From: Eledone cirrhosa
Lineage: Eukaryota
Length of the DNA: 64,000 nt
Direction: 5' to 3'
Assembly: GCA_964016885.1 (NCBI GenBank)
Contig: OZ024742.1
Coordinates: 243,474,001 to 243,538,000, forward strand
Shown here in pieces: positions 37,701-51,500 of the stretch. The position numbers were made by a program, and so were the translations under genes. The stretch's first letter is position 1; every line of letters begins with the position of its first letter. Below the pieces are notes generated by a model that saw only the letters and a list, made by a program, of their open reading frames with translations, was not told the origin of the DNA and did no database searches.

Positions 37701-40700
37701 AGGAGAGTAGGTGGGTGGGTGAGTAGCTAGGAGAGTAGGTAGGTGGGTGAGAAGCTAGGAGAGTAGGTGGGTGAGAAGCTAGGAGAGTAGGTAGGTGGGT
37801 GGGTGAGAAGCTAGGAGAGTTGGTAGGTGGGTGGGTGAGTAGCTAGGAGAGTAGGTGGGTGGGTGAGAAACTAGGAGAGTAGGTAGGTGGGTGAGAAGCT
37901 AGGAGAGTTGGTAGGTGGGTGGGTTAGTAGCTAGGAGAGTAGGTGGGTGGGTGAGTAGCTCGGAGAGTAGGTAGGTGGGTGAGAAGCTAGTAGAGTAGGT
38001 GGGTGAGTAGTTAGGAGAGTAGGTGGGTGGGTGAGAAGCTAGGAGAGTAGGTGGGTGGGTGAGAAGCTAGGAGAGTAGGTGGGTGGGTGAGAAGCTAGGA
38101 GAGTAGGTGGGTGGGTGAGTAGCTAGGAGTAGGTAGGTGGGTGGGTTAGTAGCTAGGAGAGTAGGTAGGTGGGTGGGTTAGTAGCTAGGAGAGTAGGTGG
38201 GTGGGTGAGTAGCTAGGAGAGTAGGTAGGTGGGTGGGTGAGTAGCTAGGAGAGTAGGTAGGTGGGTGGGTTAGTAGCTAGGACAGTAGGTAGGTGGGTGG
38301 GTGAGAAGCTAGGAGAGTAGGTGGGTGGGTGAGTAGCTAGGAGAGTAGGTAGGTGGGTGGGTTAGTAGCTAGGAGAGTAGGTAGGTGGGTGGGTTAGTAG
38401 CTAGGAGAGTAGGTGGGTGGGTGAGTAGCTAGGAGAGTAGGTAGGTGGGTGGGTTAGTAGCTAGGACAGTAGGTAGGTGGGTGGGTTAGTAGCTAGGAGA
38501 GTAGGTAGGTGGGTGAGAAGCTAGGAAAGTAGGTAGGTGGGTGAGTAGCTAGGAGAGTAGGTAGGTGGGTGAGTAGCTAGGAGAGTAGGTAGGTGGGTGA
38601 GTAGCTAGGAGAGTAGGTGGGTGGGTTAGTAGCTAGGAGAGTAGGTGGGTGGGTTAGTAGCTAGGAGAGTAGGTGGGTGGGTTAGTAGCTAGGAGAGTAG
38701 GTGGGTGGGTTAGTAGCTAGGAGAGAAGGTGGGTGGGTGAGAAGCTAGGAGAGTAGGTGGGTGGGTTAGTAGCTAGGAGAGTAGGTGGGTGAGAAGCTAG
38801 GAGAGTAGGTGGGTGGGTTAGTAGCTAGGAGAGTAGGTGGGTGGGTGAGAAGCTAGGAGAGTAGGTGGGTGGGTTAGTAGCTAGGAGAGTAGGTGGGTGG
38901 GTGAGTAGCTAAGAGAGTAGGTGGGTGGGTTAGTAGCTAGGAGAGTAGCTGGGTGGGTTAGTAGCTAGGAGAGTAGGTGGGTGAGAAGCTAGGAGAGTAG
39001 GTGGGTGGGTTAGTAGCTAGGAGAGTAGGTGGGTGGGTGAGAAGCTAGGAGAGTAGGTGGGTGGGTTAGTAGCTAGGAGAGTAGGTAGGTGAGAAGCTAG
39101 GAGAGTAGGTGGGTGGGTTAGTAGCTAGGAGTAGGTGGGTGGGTGAGAAGCTAGGAGAGTAGGTGGGTGGGTGAGTAGCTAGGAGAGTAGGTGGGTGAGA
39201 AGCTAGGAGAGTAGGTAGGTGGGTGAGAAGCTAGGAGAGTAGGTGAGAAGCTAGGAGAGTAGGTGGGTGAGAAGCTAGGAGAGTAGGTAGGTGGATGAGT
39301 AGCTAGAAAAGTAGGTAGGTGGGTGAGTAGCTAGGAGAGTAGGTAGGTGGGTGAGTAGCTATGAGAGTAGGTGGGTGGGTGAGTAGCTAGGAGAGTAGGT
39401 AGGTGGGTGAGTAGCTAGGAGTAGGTGGGTGAGTAGCTAGGAGTAGGTGGGTGAGTAGCTAGGAGTAGGTGGGTGAGTAGGGATAGGTAGGTAGACAAAG
39501 ATTATGTGAATGTAGAGAATTACAGTACTGAAGCTTAGGAATAAAGTATTATAATTCCAATCAATCAAATAGTATCCAATCCAAATGATACTTTTCTTCT
39601 TTTTAATAACTTAAATTGATACTTTTACATCTGAAGACTGAAATTTATCTTGGTTTTAAGAGCGATAAGCAACTGAGAAAACAAGACTTCTCGCTAGATA
39701 AGATGTCAATCCACCACAATATAAACCCACAACTTCCACTGGTACCCGTTTTCAGCTGAGTGAACAGAAGCATCATGAAATGAAGTATCTTGTTCAAAGA
39801 CACAATGTATAACTCAGTCTGGGAATCAAACCCAACATGTTATGAACATGAACACTATGCCCTAACCTTTCTTTTTAATAAGGAAATAAAATGGTATATG
39901 TAAATTAAAATGTCTCTACATTCAGCTTACAACTATAATACTTTAACTATAAAATCTAGCTAGAGAAAATACAACTGTCAAATATTGAGCCTAAAATGAT
40001 GTTTAAACAGCAACATTGATTATGTTACATATTCTGTTACATATGCTATAAGTTACATAGTCTATAAGTTATTTATTCTACTACATACTCTATATGTTAC
40101 ATAGTCTATAAGTTACATATACTGCATTGAGAATGAGAGAAAGCTACTAGAATTGTTGCAGTTTAATCTTGGGTCAGTCAATAACCTACTTGTCTTCTAT
40201 TCAGATATCACAATATCCAATATACCACCACCACCACCACCCCACGCTTAATGTAAGCAAAATAGAGGCAAATTCGGTTCCCATTACTAGCAAGTCGCAT
40301 GGCTACATAGAAGTTCCTTTCTTGGTTCATGGACACCAAATGTAGGAACATGGATTTGAATAAGGACAACTAAAGAACAGTCATGAGATGTAGTTGTTAC
40401 CTTCAAGACATCCTGGAGGAAGTTATTGAAGAGTAACTTCTCCAGGGCCAGAGCATCAATAAATATAGGCTAAGCCCAAATTTAAAGGGAAAATACCCTT
40501 AAAATGCTTGTTCCATTTATTTTCTGAATGGAATATGAATCTTAGAGCATATCATTTTGCATAATGAATGCAGTTTTAAACAATGTTAAAATTTATTTCA
40601 AGGAAATCTACAATTTTAAAGTGTCTGCTTCACCCACTTATTCCAGTGGATCCTGTCAGAAACAACCATCTCCAATTGATTTGGCTGGGTCCCCAAGCAA

Positions 40701-43350
40701 GAACAGCCAAGCTCATGGATGTTATCCAACCATTTTGCTTGGGGTCTACTCCTGGGTCTCCTGGTGGTTGGTTTTGCCTGTAAAATCTGTCCAGCAATTC
40801 TTTTCTGAGATATTCTAACCACATGCCCATAATATCGGACCTGTGATTTCTCAATTCAGAGTAGCAGCTCTACTCTGATCTCCAAGCTACGCACTCTATT
40901 GAGTAACATTACACCAAAGAACCTTCGAAGGATCCCCATTTCGGCCACTTGTATTCACGATCATATTATTTTGGTCATTACCCAAAATTCAGGACCATAG
41001 ATAAAGGTTGGCAGGGATAGTGAGTTTGGTTTTTTAAACCTACCTCCCTTCTTCTGATTACCAAATGCTGATGTTGGCACATTACTGCACCCACTCCTGC
41101 AATTCATGCACTTAATTCAGGCTCCTGTGTTCCACCACTCGTGAACACAGCCACAAGATACTTGAACTTCTCCACTTGCATTAGTGAAACTCCATTCACA
41201 TGTAGAGTCCACTGCTCAGGCTTCTTTGAGAGGACAAGTGTCTCAGTTTTCACAGCCATGCAGCACTCAACATCAAACCTATCAAGTACATGTCAGAGAT
41301 CCCCTTCTAACAAGTTAAGTAATACCATGTCATATGCAAATTCCAGCTGACTGATCCTACGCCTGCTAATTGTGATACCCCTTCTAACCTAGCTGTGCAT
41401 GTCAATCCTGTTCATATAAATAATGAACAGGAGAGGTGACAGTACACACCCTTGGTGGAGTCCAACTCCCCATATTGAATGGTTTCAATTTAGCACCATT
41501 TATCCGAAAACAAATACTTGGACATTCGTATAAAGACATCAGGGCAACAAGAATCTGACCATCGATCCCATACACCTGCAGAACCTTCAACAGGTCCTGT
41601 GGAACACAGTCTTATGCCTTTTAAGGGTTTACAAAGCAAGAATACACCTCTTGGCAGTACTCCCATGATTTCTCAAAGACCTGCTGCAGTGTGAATATTT
41701 GGTCAGCTGTGGTGCCTCCGGGAACGAAAACTACACTGTTCATCAGCTAGCTTGGACTCAACAATCTCCCTAAACTCTTTGCCAGACACTTAGCAGAGAT
41801 TTTACTGGGTAGGCTTAACAAGGATATCTCTCTATAATTGGAACAATCTCTCTTGTCATCCTTTTTGAAAAATGGGATTATCTCTTTAAGTGTGATTTTG
41901 TTAATGGAGACCGTTGGTGACAAATTCATTACATTATCACTTCCATTTGTCTCTATTGCTCATATATTTTCTTTTGTTTTCTATGTCCCTTATTATCATT
42001 ATTTTATTGTTCTGAGTTCAAATCCTGTTGAAGTCACCTTAGGCTTTCCATCCTTCTGGAGTCAATAAGATAAAGTCAAGTACTGGGTTGATTTAACTGA
42101 CTAACACCTTTCACAAAGTTTCTGACCTTGTGCCTATGTTAAAAAATATCTTTATTTTACTATTATGAGGGGAGTAAATGTCTGGAATGGAAGAACACTG
42201 GATAGACTGATTTCTGGTATTCAGTTAGAACATCCCTTTCAGTTCTAAGTTCAAATCTTGTCAGGGTTGATTTTGCTTTTCATACTTCATGGATTTAAGA
42301 TACCAGTAAATTACTAGCATTAATTTGATTGACTGCATTCATTCCAAAAGTGTATGACCTTGAGACTTCAGCTAGAAATTATTGGATTGGCAGAATCGTC
42401 AGAGCATTGAACAAGATACTGTGTGGTATTTGTTCAGCACTTTACATTTTAACTTGAAGTACGGCCAAGGTCAACTTTGCCTTACCTAAGATCAATAACA
42501 AAGTACCAGTCAAATATTGTTGTTGATTTAATCAGCTAACCGTCTAAAACTTTTGGACTAGCACAAATGTTAGAAATCGTTATTAAATCCTGCCGAGGTT
42601 AGCTTTGCTTTTCATCCTAACAGAGTCGATAAAATACAGTACCAGTAACATACTGGGATTAATTTAATCGACTTTCCCCTCTCCCAAAATTGCTGGTCTT
42701 GTGCTTAATTCAGAAATTATTTTTATTATTAGTTATTCAGTTTATTCAGTAAATGATTCACCTTTGAAAAAATAACTACTAAAATGAGGATAAGCTTTCA
42801 ATCTCTTGTTTCAGGGAGGCAACTTTGTGAAATATATTCCAAGGGAAACAATTTCATTTATATATATACCGCATTTCCCGGCGCCAAAGACGCTTTGTCT
42901 TCAAGGACGCACCCTAATTTTGACAACCAAAAATTTGAAAAAAAATAATAAACAACCTTCGGCCTCCAGGACGCATGGGTGATTTAAAAAAAAAAAGTAA
43001 CATCTTCAACGCTGGGAAATACAGTATATATATACATGAAATATGTATATGATGCAACACTGATTCTTTGTTCCCTTATATATTAATACTATATATCATC
43101 ATCATCATCATCATCAACGTTTAACGTCCGTGTTCCACGCTTGCATGGGTTTGGACGGGGGTTTTCCCACTTGAGGCAAGAGTGATTATCTTGCTCGCAT
43201 AGGACTGTCTGGCGGGTTTTCTACAGCTGGATGCCCTTCCTAACACCAACCACATTTACAGTGTGGGGCTGGGAGGTTTTTACTGTGTTGCCTACACGGC
43301 CACATTACAGCGTGGACTGTCTGGCAGGTTTTCTACAGCTGGATGCCCTT

Positions 43351-43383
<33 letters not shown>

Positions 43384-45465
43384 GCGCGCACGCACGCACA
43401 CGCACACACACAGTGTTGTGCATAATTCAACGACCACCCCAATAATTTTATTAGGTTGTGTTTATTAGATAAAAGTACAATTATTAGATAAAAATAGTAT
43501 ATTATTACAAACATACAACACAAATCATTTACAAATTGACTATTCCAAATTGACTATTCCAAATTAGTACTTTGTTTGATGACCTTTAGCAGCTATTACT
43601 GAAGCAATTCTGCAAGGCATTGATCCCACCAAGGAGGCACAATATTCAGGAGTAATTTGTTGTGTCCATACAGTAAGAATTTTTTTTTGTAAATCAGTAA
43701 TTGAGCTGGGATTTAGCTTAGCAACTTTGTCTTTCATCAATTTCAACAGTTTTCAATTGGATTTAAGTCAGGACTTGAACCTGGCCAAGGTGCCAGCACT
43801 TCAATATCAGATTCTTGAAAACATTGGTTAATGGTTTTTGCCCTATGGCAAGGAGAACCATCTTGTTGATATATCTTGCAACCATGCCTCTCCAATGGGA
43901 TGTTTTCTCACATGATTTCCAAATACATGTTTGTATTTACAGTCTTTCCTGCTGGAATTATGGTCGGTGCAGCTCATCCATTTATGCTTATTGATCCCCA
44001 GACCATCAATGATTGTGAATTTTTAACTGTTGATTTGACATAACGAGAATTATAACACTGTCCAGGTGGTCTTCTTAGATGGTGAGCAAATAAGGGGCAA
44101 ATTGTCTAATTAATGTTTCATCACTAAACATTACCTCACCCTATTGAGCAGCAGTCCAGTGACAATAAGTGCTACAGAACAACAGACGGTCCTTGATGCT
44201 TTATTTGAAAGTTGAGGCTTGGCAGCTGGCTTAAAAGTCTTTAACACAGTGTCATCGGATGGTAAAGATATGTTTATGTCCTGAGGAAGTTGAGCTTGGA
44301 TATATGAACTGGAAGCAGTTGGATTTGACACTGCAAGTCAGCGTATCGTGATCTGTTTGAACACTTATCTTCCATGCCGCTTGTTTGGGTTAAGAGTGCC
44401 TGTTGTTGCACTACAGGCAAGTATTTTTTGAACACCAGCCTTAGATAGACCCAATCATACAGATATTTCGTGCTGGGAAGCCTTGCTCATGAAGGAGGAG
44501 GATATTTGCACATTTATCACTGTGGGCTGGTAGCTTTTTGTTGTGTCACTAACATGACCACTTTACAGTGTAGGCTTGGCGCTTTTTGTCATGACACCTA
44601 CACAACTACTTTACAGTGTGGACAGGGCACTTTTTGTCATGCCACCAAAATGGAGATATGCATGAGGAATGGGGAGGTAGATCTAGGGCATGGGTGAGGT
44701 GTAGGGTGTAAGGACTTTGGTGAGGTCTTATGAAGGCAGGTTTTCTGTATTACTGCATAACGCCAGAGAGGGACTTTGTGTTTGCAACTGTCACTGTCTC
44801 ATCTTCTGGTAAGAATAAAATCTATCTGGCTGGTGTGTTTACCTGATCTATAAGTGATTAAGTGGTCATTAGCATTGCAGAAACTAGATATAAGAGGAAT
44901 CAGAAGTAGTGTGCAGGAGAGGAGACGGGTATCGATGATGATCAGTGGGTAAAGAAGTGCTAAATAATACCAGTAGAAGGAAGCTGCAGTAGAAGAAGGC
45001 CAAGGAAGACCTGGATTGAAGTGGTGAGAGCTAATCTTATATTGTTAAAGCTCACAGAGAAAATAACAAAGGAATGCGACAAGTGTAGAGATGCTGGACT
45101 GAGAAGGACCTATCCAAACCATGCATTCATGGAACAACAGACGTAAAATGGTGATATGTATATAGACACAATTAGTGTTGACATTTTAGTCTTATAAATT
45201 CAATGGATGATACAAGCTAACAACTATTTCAGCATGTCAATATTGTAGTGAATATGTCAGGAAGATAATCTTACGTTTTAGTTCTATATCCTTAGGTGGT
45301 GGAGCAGCTTCAGTCTCTGGCTCTTCCTCCTCTCCTGTATTGATCCATTTCTTTCTGTCGGCATCCCACACAATCTGATAAAGAAACAAGTGTTATAAAC
45401 AATGATAAAATATATATAAATATATAGGTGGACTATCAAAACAATAAAAGCTTAACTGTAGGAGA

Positions 45466-45531
<66 letters not shown>

Positions 45532-48500
45532 CACCATCATTTAACGTCCATCTTCCATGATTACATAGGTAGGACCCTTTGTGAGAGATCAGGTCAGGGG
45601 ACCGTGATTCGCTCACATACAACTGATTTTGGCTTGGTTTCTACAGCTGGATGCCCTTCCTAACACCAACCACATTGACAGTTATCTCTTCGTTAGCCTC
45701 AGAGAAATTATTAATCAATATATTGGCTACCAGATATAATTTGGCAACCAGTTATTATTTCTGATTGAAATAAAGAAACAATTCCAGCAGTGGTATAAAA
45801 AGAAACATGGTGAGATACCAGAGGTTCCAGATTTTAGCAATCAAACAGAGGTGATATAGGGTTTTAGAGGACTCTTCAGTTCATCTGAACATGACAACCT
45901 CTCTTGTATTGGTGCCATGATAAAATGCGCCCAGAACACCCTATAAAGTAGTAGTGCTGGTGCAACAACAAAAAAAGATACCCAGTAAACTGTAAGATGG
46001 CTGGCATTAGGAAGGGCATCCAGCTGTAGAAATGTATAAGCAAGATGAGATCACTTTCACCTGTTTAGCCACAGACTGTGACAATCTGTCTAAGCCATGC
46101 CAGTGTGTAAAGTTGATATTAAAATGATGATGGTGATGATTATGATGATGAAATTAAAGTGTGCCATGATAATATACAGTAATAAGAATATGGTGTTTTA
46201 CAACCAAAGGTTTATAGATGAAGAAACATGCAATTTATTTTAGATTAATAGCTAAAACAACCAAACAAATTATCTTTTTATTTATAATGATGACTTCTTT
46301 AATTAAATTTAATCATTGATAAAAAGTATATACTAAATAATAAGTAGATAATACTATAGCAGAGTTGGCATTAAAAAGGGCATCCAGCTGTAGAAGCCAA
46401 GCCAAAATACTGATTAGTATGAACATGACTTGATCTCTGAACTTGACTTGTCTCAGAACAGGACAACCTGTCTAACCCAAGCAATGTCAATCTGAACTAA
46501 AAGTAAATCTTTATATTTCATCAGTCATCAAAAATAGAAATTTGTAACCAATGGCAGCAAACTTTTCAAACAGAATCCATAAAGACAGGATTCAATTAGT
46601 AACGGAGGTTGCTGAATTGAAAACAACTAGTTTAATAAGGGACTCAATAAATATTGGAAGAAATTTAAATATTTATCTATCTCATGGAAAGAGATATTTC
46701 AAATGAGTTGGCTTTTACTGGCTTCTTCTATAAGCCAGAAAAAACTGTAATATAATTTAACCATTTGAATACAAAACTGACTGAAACTGCCCTTGGTTCT
46801 AAGATACAAAACTTTATATTTATCTAAAAACCTTCCATCATAATTTTCTCTAAGAACATTTTTAAAGTTATGTTCTAAATACTAAATTGATAATGAGAAA
46901 ATTATTTTCCATGATTTTAAAATCATAAGCAGTGTCTTTCATTAGAAATATAGTAATAAAAGGATAGGATTATAAGATTTTTAAAAATCTCAATGCAACT
47001 TACAGCAGGATTTTTATCTTCAGGAAGTATCATTTCATTCTTCTTCTGCCTTCCAAGTTGACTGAATATATTCAAACTATTCCACCAGCCCTTGTTCTCT
47101 TCCTGAAGTAGTAATGAAATTCCAAGTTATCATTGTTAATAGTTAGTATTAGTTAGTATTGTTATAAGTGGAGATCACATGTTTCAATCCTTACTCTGAA
47201 AGAAGTATACTCCTAATGATGATTGTTTTGTGACAATTAGAACACCATTTCAATACTAGGGCAGGAAATATGTTTACTTAGTAAAGTCAAAATATATCTA
47301 TTAGTAACTTGATAGATAATTTTAAAATTTGTTTGGATTTTTCTTTAGGGGTCAACAAGGATTAAAGAAAACTCTTTCAATATATTTAGTAGATTTATGA
47401 CAATATAAACTGAATAGCTATTATATAACTACTTATATATAACTACTTATATATAACTACTATTATACAACATAATTAATAACTTATAACAACAATATCC
47501 TTATTTGTGCAAGTATCCCAAAACTACAATGCCATTCACTCTAAATTTCAAAAGCTTCCATTTGTCATCTGCATCTTATACCAAAATGGACTTTCTTCAT
47601 TTCATATTATGGCAGAGGTACAGTAACTATATTCTTTTACTCTTTTATTGGTTTCAGTCATTAGATTTCGACCATGCTGGGGTACTGCATAGAATGGATT
47701 TGGTCACAGAACGGATTTGGTCAATCATATCGACAGTATTTTTTCCATTCTCCTCTTATTGAACCACTAAGTTATGGAACATAAACAAACAATAAACATA
47801 AATACAAACACAGAGATACATACACATATATAGGTACACAATAAACTTCTATGCAGTTTCCATCTATGAAATTTCACTGACAAGGCATTGGTCAACCCAA
47901 GGCTATAGTAAAAGACAATTGCCCAAAGTTCTACACAGTAGGACAGAACCTGAAACCATGTGATTATGAAGTAAACTCCTGAACCACACAGCCCTGCATG
48001 CACCTATTACAATGCTGAATATAAATTTTGCCAAAAAAATTCTTTTGAACTTTTATGCAAAATACATAACTGCCAAATAATGATTAAAAAGCGCATGCAA
48101 CTACCAAGAACCTGTTCTAAGAATTCATGCAAATGAATGATTTTTTTATAATAATCAGAGTTAATATGGTGAAATATAAAATAGTCTAAAACCTATGTAA
48201 ATAAATTAGTATTCCATATGAAAACCTAAGAGAACAGGATTAGTATTTTTTATTTTAACTTACTGGTTTGGGTTTGGTGATATTTGTTTTCTTTGGTGAT
48301 GCGAGTTTGACACTATTGGCACTGCTATTGCTAACATTGCTGCTTTCTGATGTTGTGCGCTGGCGATTATTATGGTAGCGTGTTGGTGCAACGATAGGCT
48401 ACAAAAAAAAGAAAAAATACTCATAATAAATTCACTCTTTCCTTAATATTTTGAATGACAACAACCATAACAACAGTTTCAAATTTATTGGTGAGATGGC

Positions 48501-51500
48501 TATTAGAAATTAAGATTTGTATTACTGACATAAGCAGAACAGTTCCAGTATAAAACCAAAAGAGGACAGCAAATTCAATTCAGGAAAAACTTACAGCAAA
48601 GAACTTACCTTTCTTGCTATTCTAAGTTCATTCTAATAAAAATAGAGTACAACTAAAAACTACATGGCTGTTTCATTTTATTAACATTGGGGGGTAACTC
48701 TGGCATGATCTTAACTTAAAGAGTGAGGTACCAAACAAGATAAAGTGAAACAGTTCAGTTTTTATTGCTACAAGCAAAAATAATACTATTTTCTGTAAAC
48801 ATCTGTAAATATATATTATACATAGCATCTCATCCAAACAACATCCTGCCCTTAAAATAATTCTTTACACTTGCTAGTCTATCCATTGATAGATTTAATT
48901 TCATAAATCATAAAACTGAATGTTATTTATCCACATTAGCAGAGTAATATATAATCCATGTTGTACCTTTACTTTAGTACAATCCATGTCTACTATTTAT
49001 AGTCAATTGCATCTTATTAATAAAGGCATAACACTATTTCCACTAAAAGCCCAAGTATATTTTTTCTGGCATTCTATCAGCTAACTGAACACTCTATAAA
49101 AAAAAAATGCCTTTTGATAAAAACTATAATTAACAAACTATTTCATAACTTACATCACTGTAAACTTAAATAATATATTGGGATAATAAAATTAAATTAA
49201 ACATCCAGAATAGTGAGTTGATAAGTTTTACATTTGTTATTCGAATTATAGGTTTGCTCAAATATAGCTCACCAGAACTATCCAACAGCTAGGTCTTTTT
49301 CAAGTAAGCAAATGAATAGCTCAAGGTTATTCTTACAAACATCAATAAATTTCTATTAGTGCTGAGTTAAATCAAGCCATAGAAACTCAAGATATTTCTT
49401 TTATTAACATTAACAATTTATCTTCCCTTTTTCTTTAATAAGAGTTATCCCCAATCTTTAAAAAATGAGATAAGCTATCAAATGATAATTATCAGTATAG
49501 AGAAAGGAAAAGCCGGTTGCTTTAAATATATGTATTATTGTGTGATATACTTCAGAAAAACAGATTCTTCAAACTGACTAATTTTATCCAATAGTTCTAT
49601 TGCTGGTGAAAAAAAACAGCATCCAGCTATGAAAAACCAGCTAAAAAACAAGAACACAAACACAGACATGTGCAACTGTTGTCAGCATGGAAGGCATAAA
49701 ATACCAGTTTATTTTTCAGTTGATTCTTTATTGTTATTTAATTTAATATTATTACTATTTATCCACTTTGTTGTCAACTGTTCATGCCCATCTCTACTGT
49801 AGATTCAAACACATTTAAAAATCAATTGAATCGATTGACAAGATCTGACCTCATTCACTTACCAAGTGGAGTGGAACTCGTCAAATCAGACCAGTGAAAC
49901 AATGTTTTCATTGGTCTTTCCATTGCTGATACTATCTACCTGTTGCAACTCCTGGCAGAAAGAGCAATGTGAAATAAAGTGTCTTGCTCAAAGACATAAC
50001 ACATCACTCGGTCTGGGAATCAAACTCTCAACCTCACAATTGCAAATTCAACTCTCTAACCACTAAGCCACGTGTCTTCTGCATGGCAAAATATGAAAAA
50101 TGCACCGACATCATGAACAGCCATTCTCTTCATGGCAAAATATGGAGTATGGTTCATAACTTGAAAATAGTGTAGTATATATTTTTATATATTTAGGTGT
50201 CATTAACTGTTGTTGCTGTTGTTGTTTTTATGTTTGAAATACTTTTACTGAAAGGTTAATTTCATACCAGGAATCTGGTTTTTATACCCCATAATGGAGC
50301 CATTATTTTCACCATTTTAAATATCATCACTTTCATTGTCATTACCAACATTTTATATCGATTTTCTATGCTTACATTGATTAGATAGGTTGTCATGTTC
50401 TGAGGTTAGAAGGTCAAATGACATTCTGTTCTGGCAAGGGTTCTATGGATGAATACCCTTCCGAATGTCAACCACTTAGCATGTGCCAGATACATTTTAT
50501 TGACACCACCACTATCACTACCACCAGACAGGGTGTGCTGGGAGCTTTTTTAACATGACATCAGCACTACCACTTTACAGATTGAGCTGGGTGCATTTTA
50601 TCATGACACCAGCACTACCACTTAAGAGTGTGGGATGAGTGCATTTTATAGTGGCACCAGCACTATATTTAATGCTAATAATATAAAACATCAAGTTCTA
50701 AAGATTAAGCAGTAAACTCTGAGAGAACCAAATATGTAATGTCGTTTCAATTTCCATGTGAAGCTTTTTTGGTTCATTTATGCAACTAATGCATTTGTAA
50801 GAAAAGCCTGATCAAACAAATTTCTTTTATCCTCTTGATAAAACTGGTCATCCATTGATGGATATTTCTAATCCCAAAATAGCAAACAACTGACTACCAT
50901 ACCAGTGCTTAAGATAAAGAAATATATTTTATACATTAGAACATAAATTTACAGCAATAAAAAAAAATTATAAGATTAAATGTCTAATTTTCTGTGATGA
51001 TTTGGTAATAAGATTATATAATTTCTCAGTCTATTAACCTCAACATTAGAGATGAAACATTTTTAATATTTACATTTACATAAATATAATCTTAATAATA
51101 ATGAGAAGTCTTGTGCCGTTTGAAAATTTAAGATTTACAACTACTGTAAGATCTGCTTTTCTTTATGTAAGATCTCTTCAAGACACCACTTTAATTTCTT
51201 AATAAATAAAATAAATGGTTCAACTATAATGTGCAAGAAAAAAGACTGCTCTGGTACAATGCATACAAGTAATGATAGTTGGATGAAGAAAGGTGAAGCA
51301 ATCCATGTAGAAAGAGCTTAAAGAAGTGATGAATGGTAATCTCAGGATGCTGAACCTCAAAAGATGAAACATGACTCAAAACTGTCCATTCCATGTGAGC
51401 ATGGAAAAATGGATGTAAAATGAGGGCAATGTAAAGAATATAGTTATTTTATTGATGAAACCACTTCAAATTCTTGATTCTTTTCACAAATTAATTGACA

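Noticed and set aside
33605-39480. CRISPR-like or telomeric array
   Set aside because: There are no unique spacers and the context is eukaryotic; the unit is 28 bp and only contains GGGTTAG, not (TTAGGG)n
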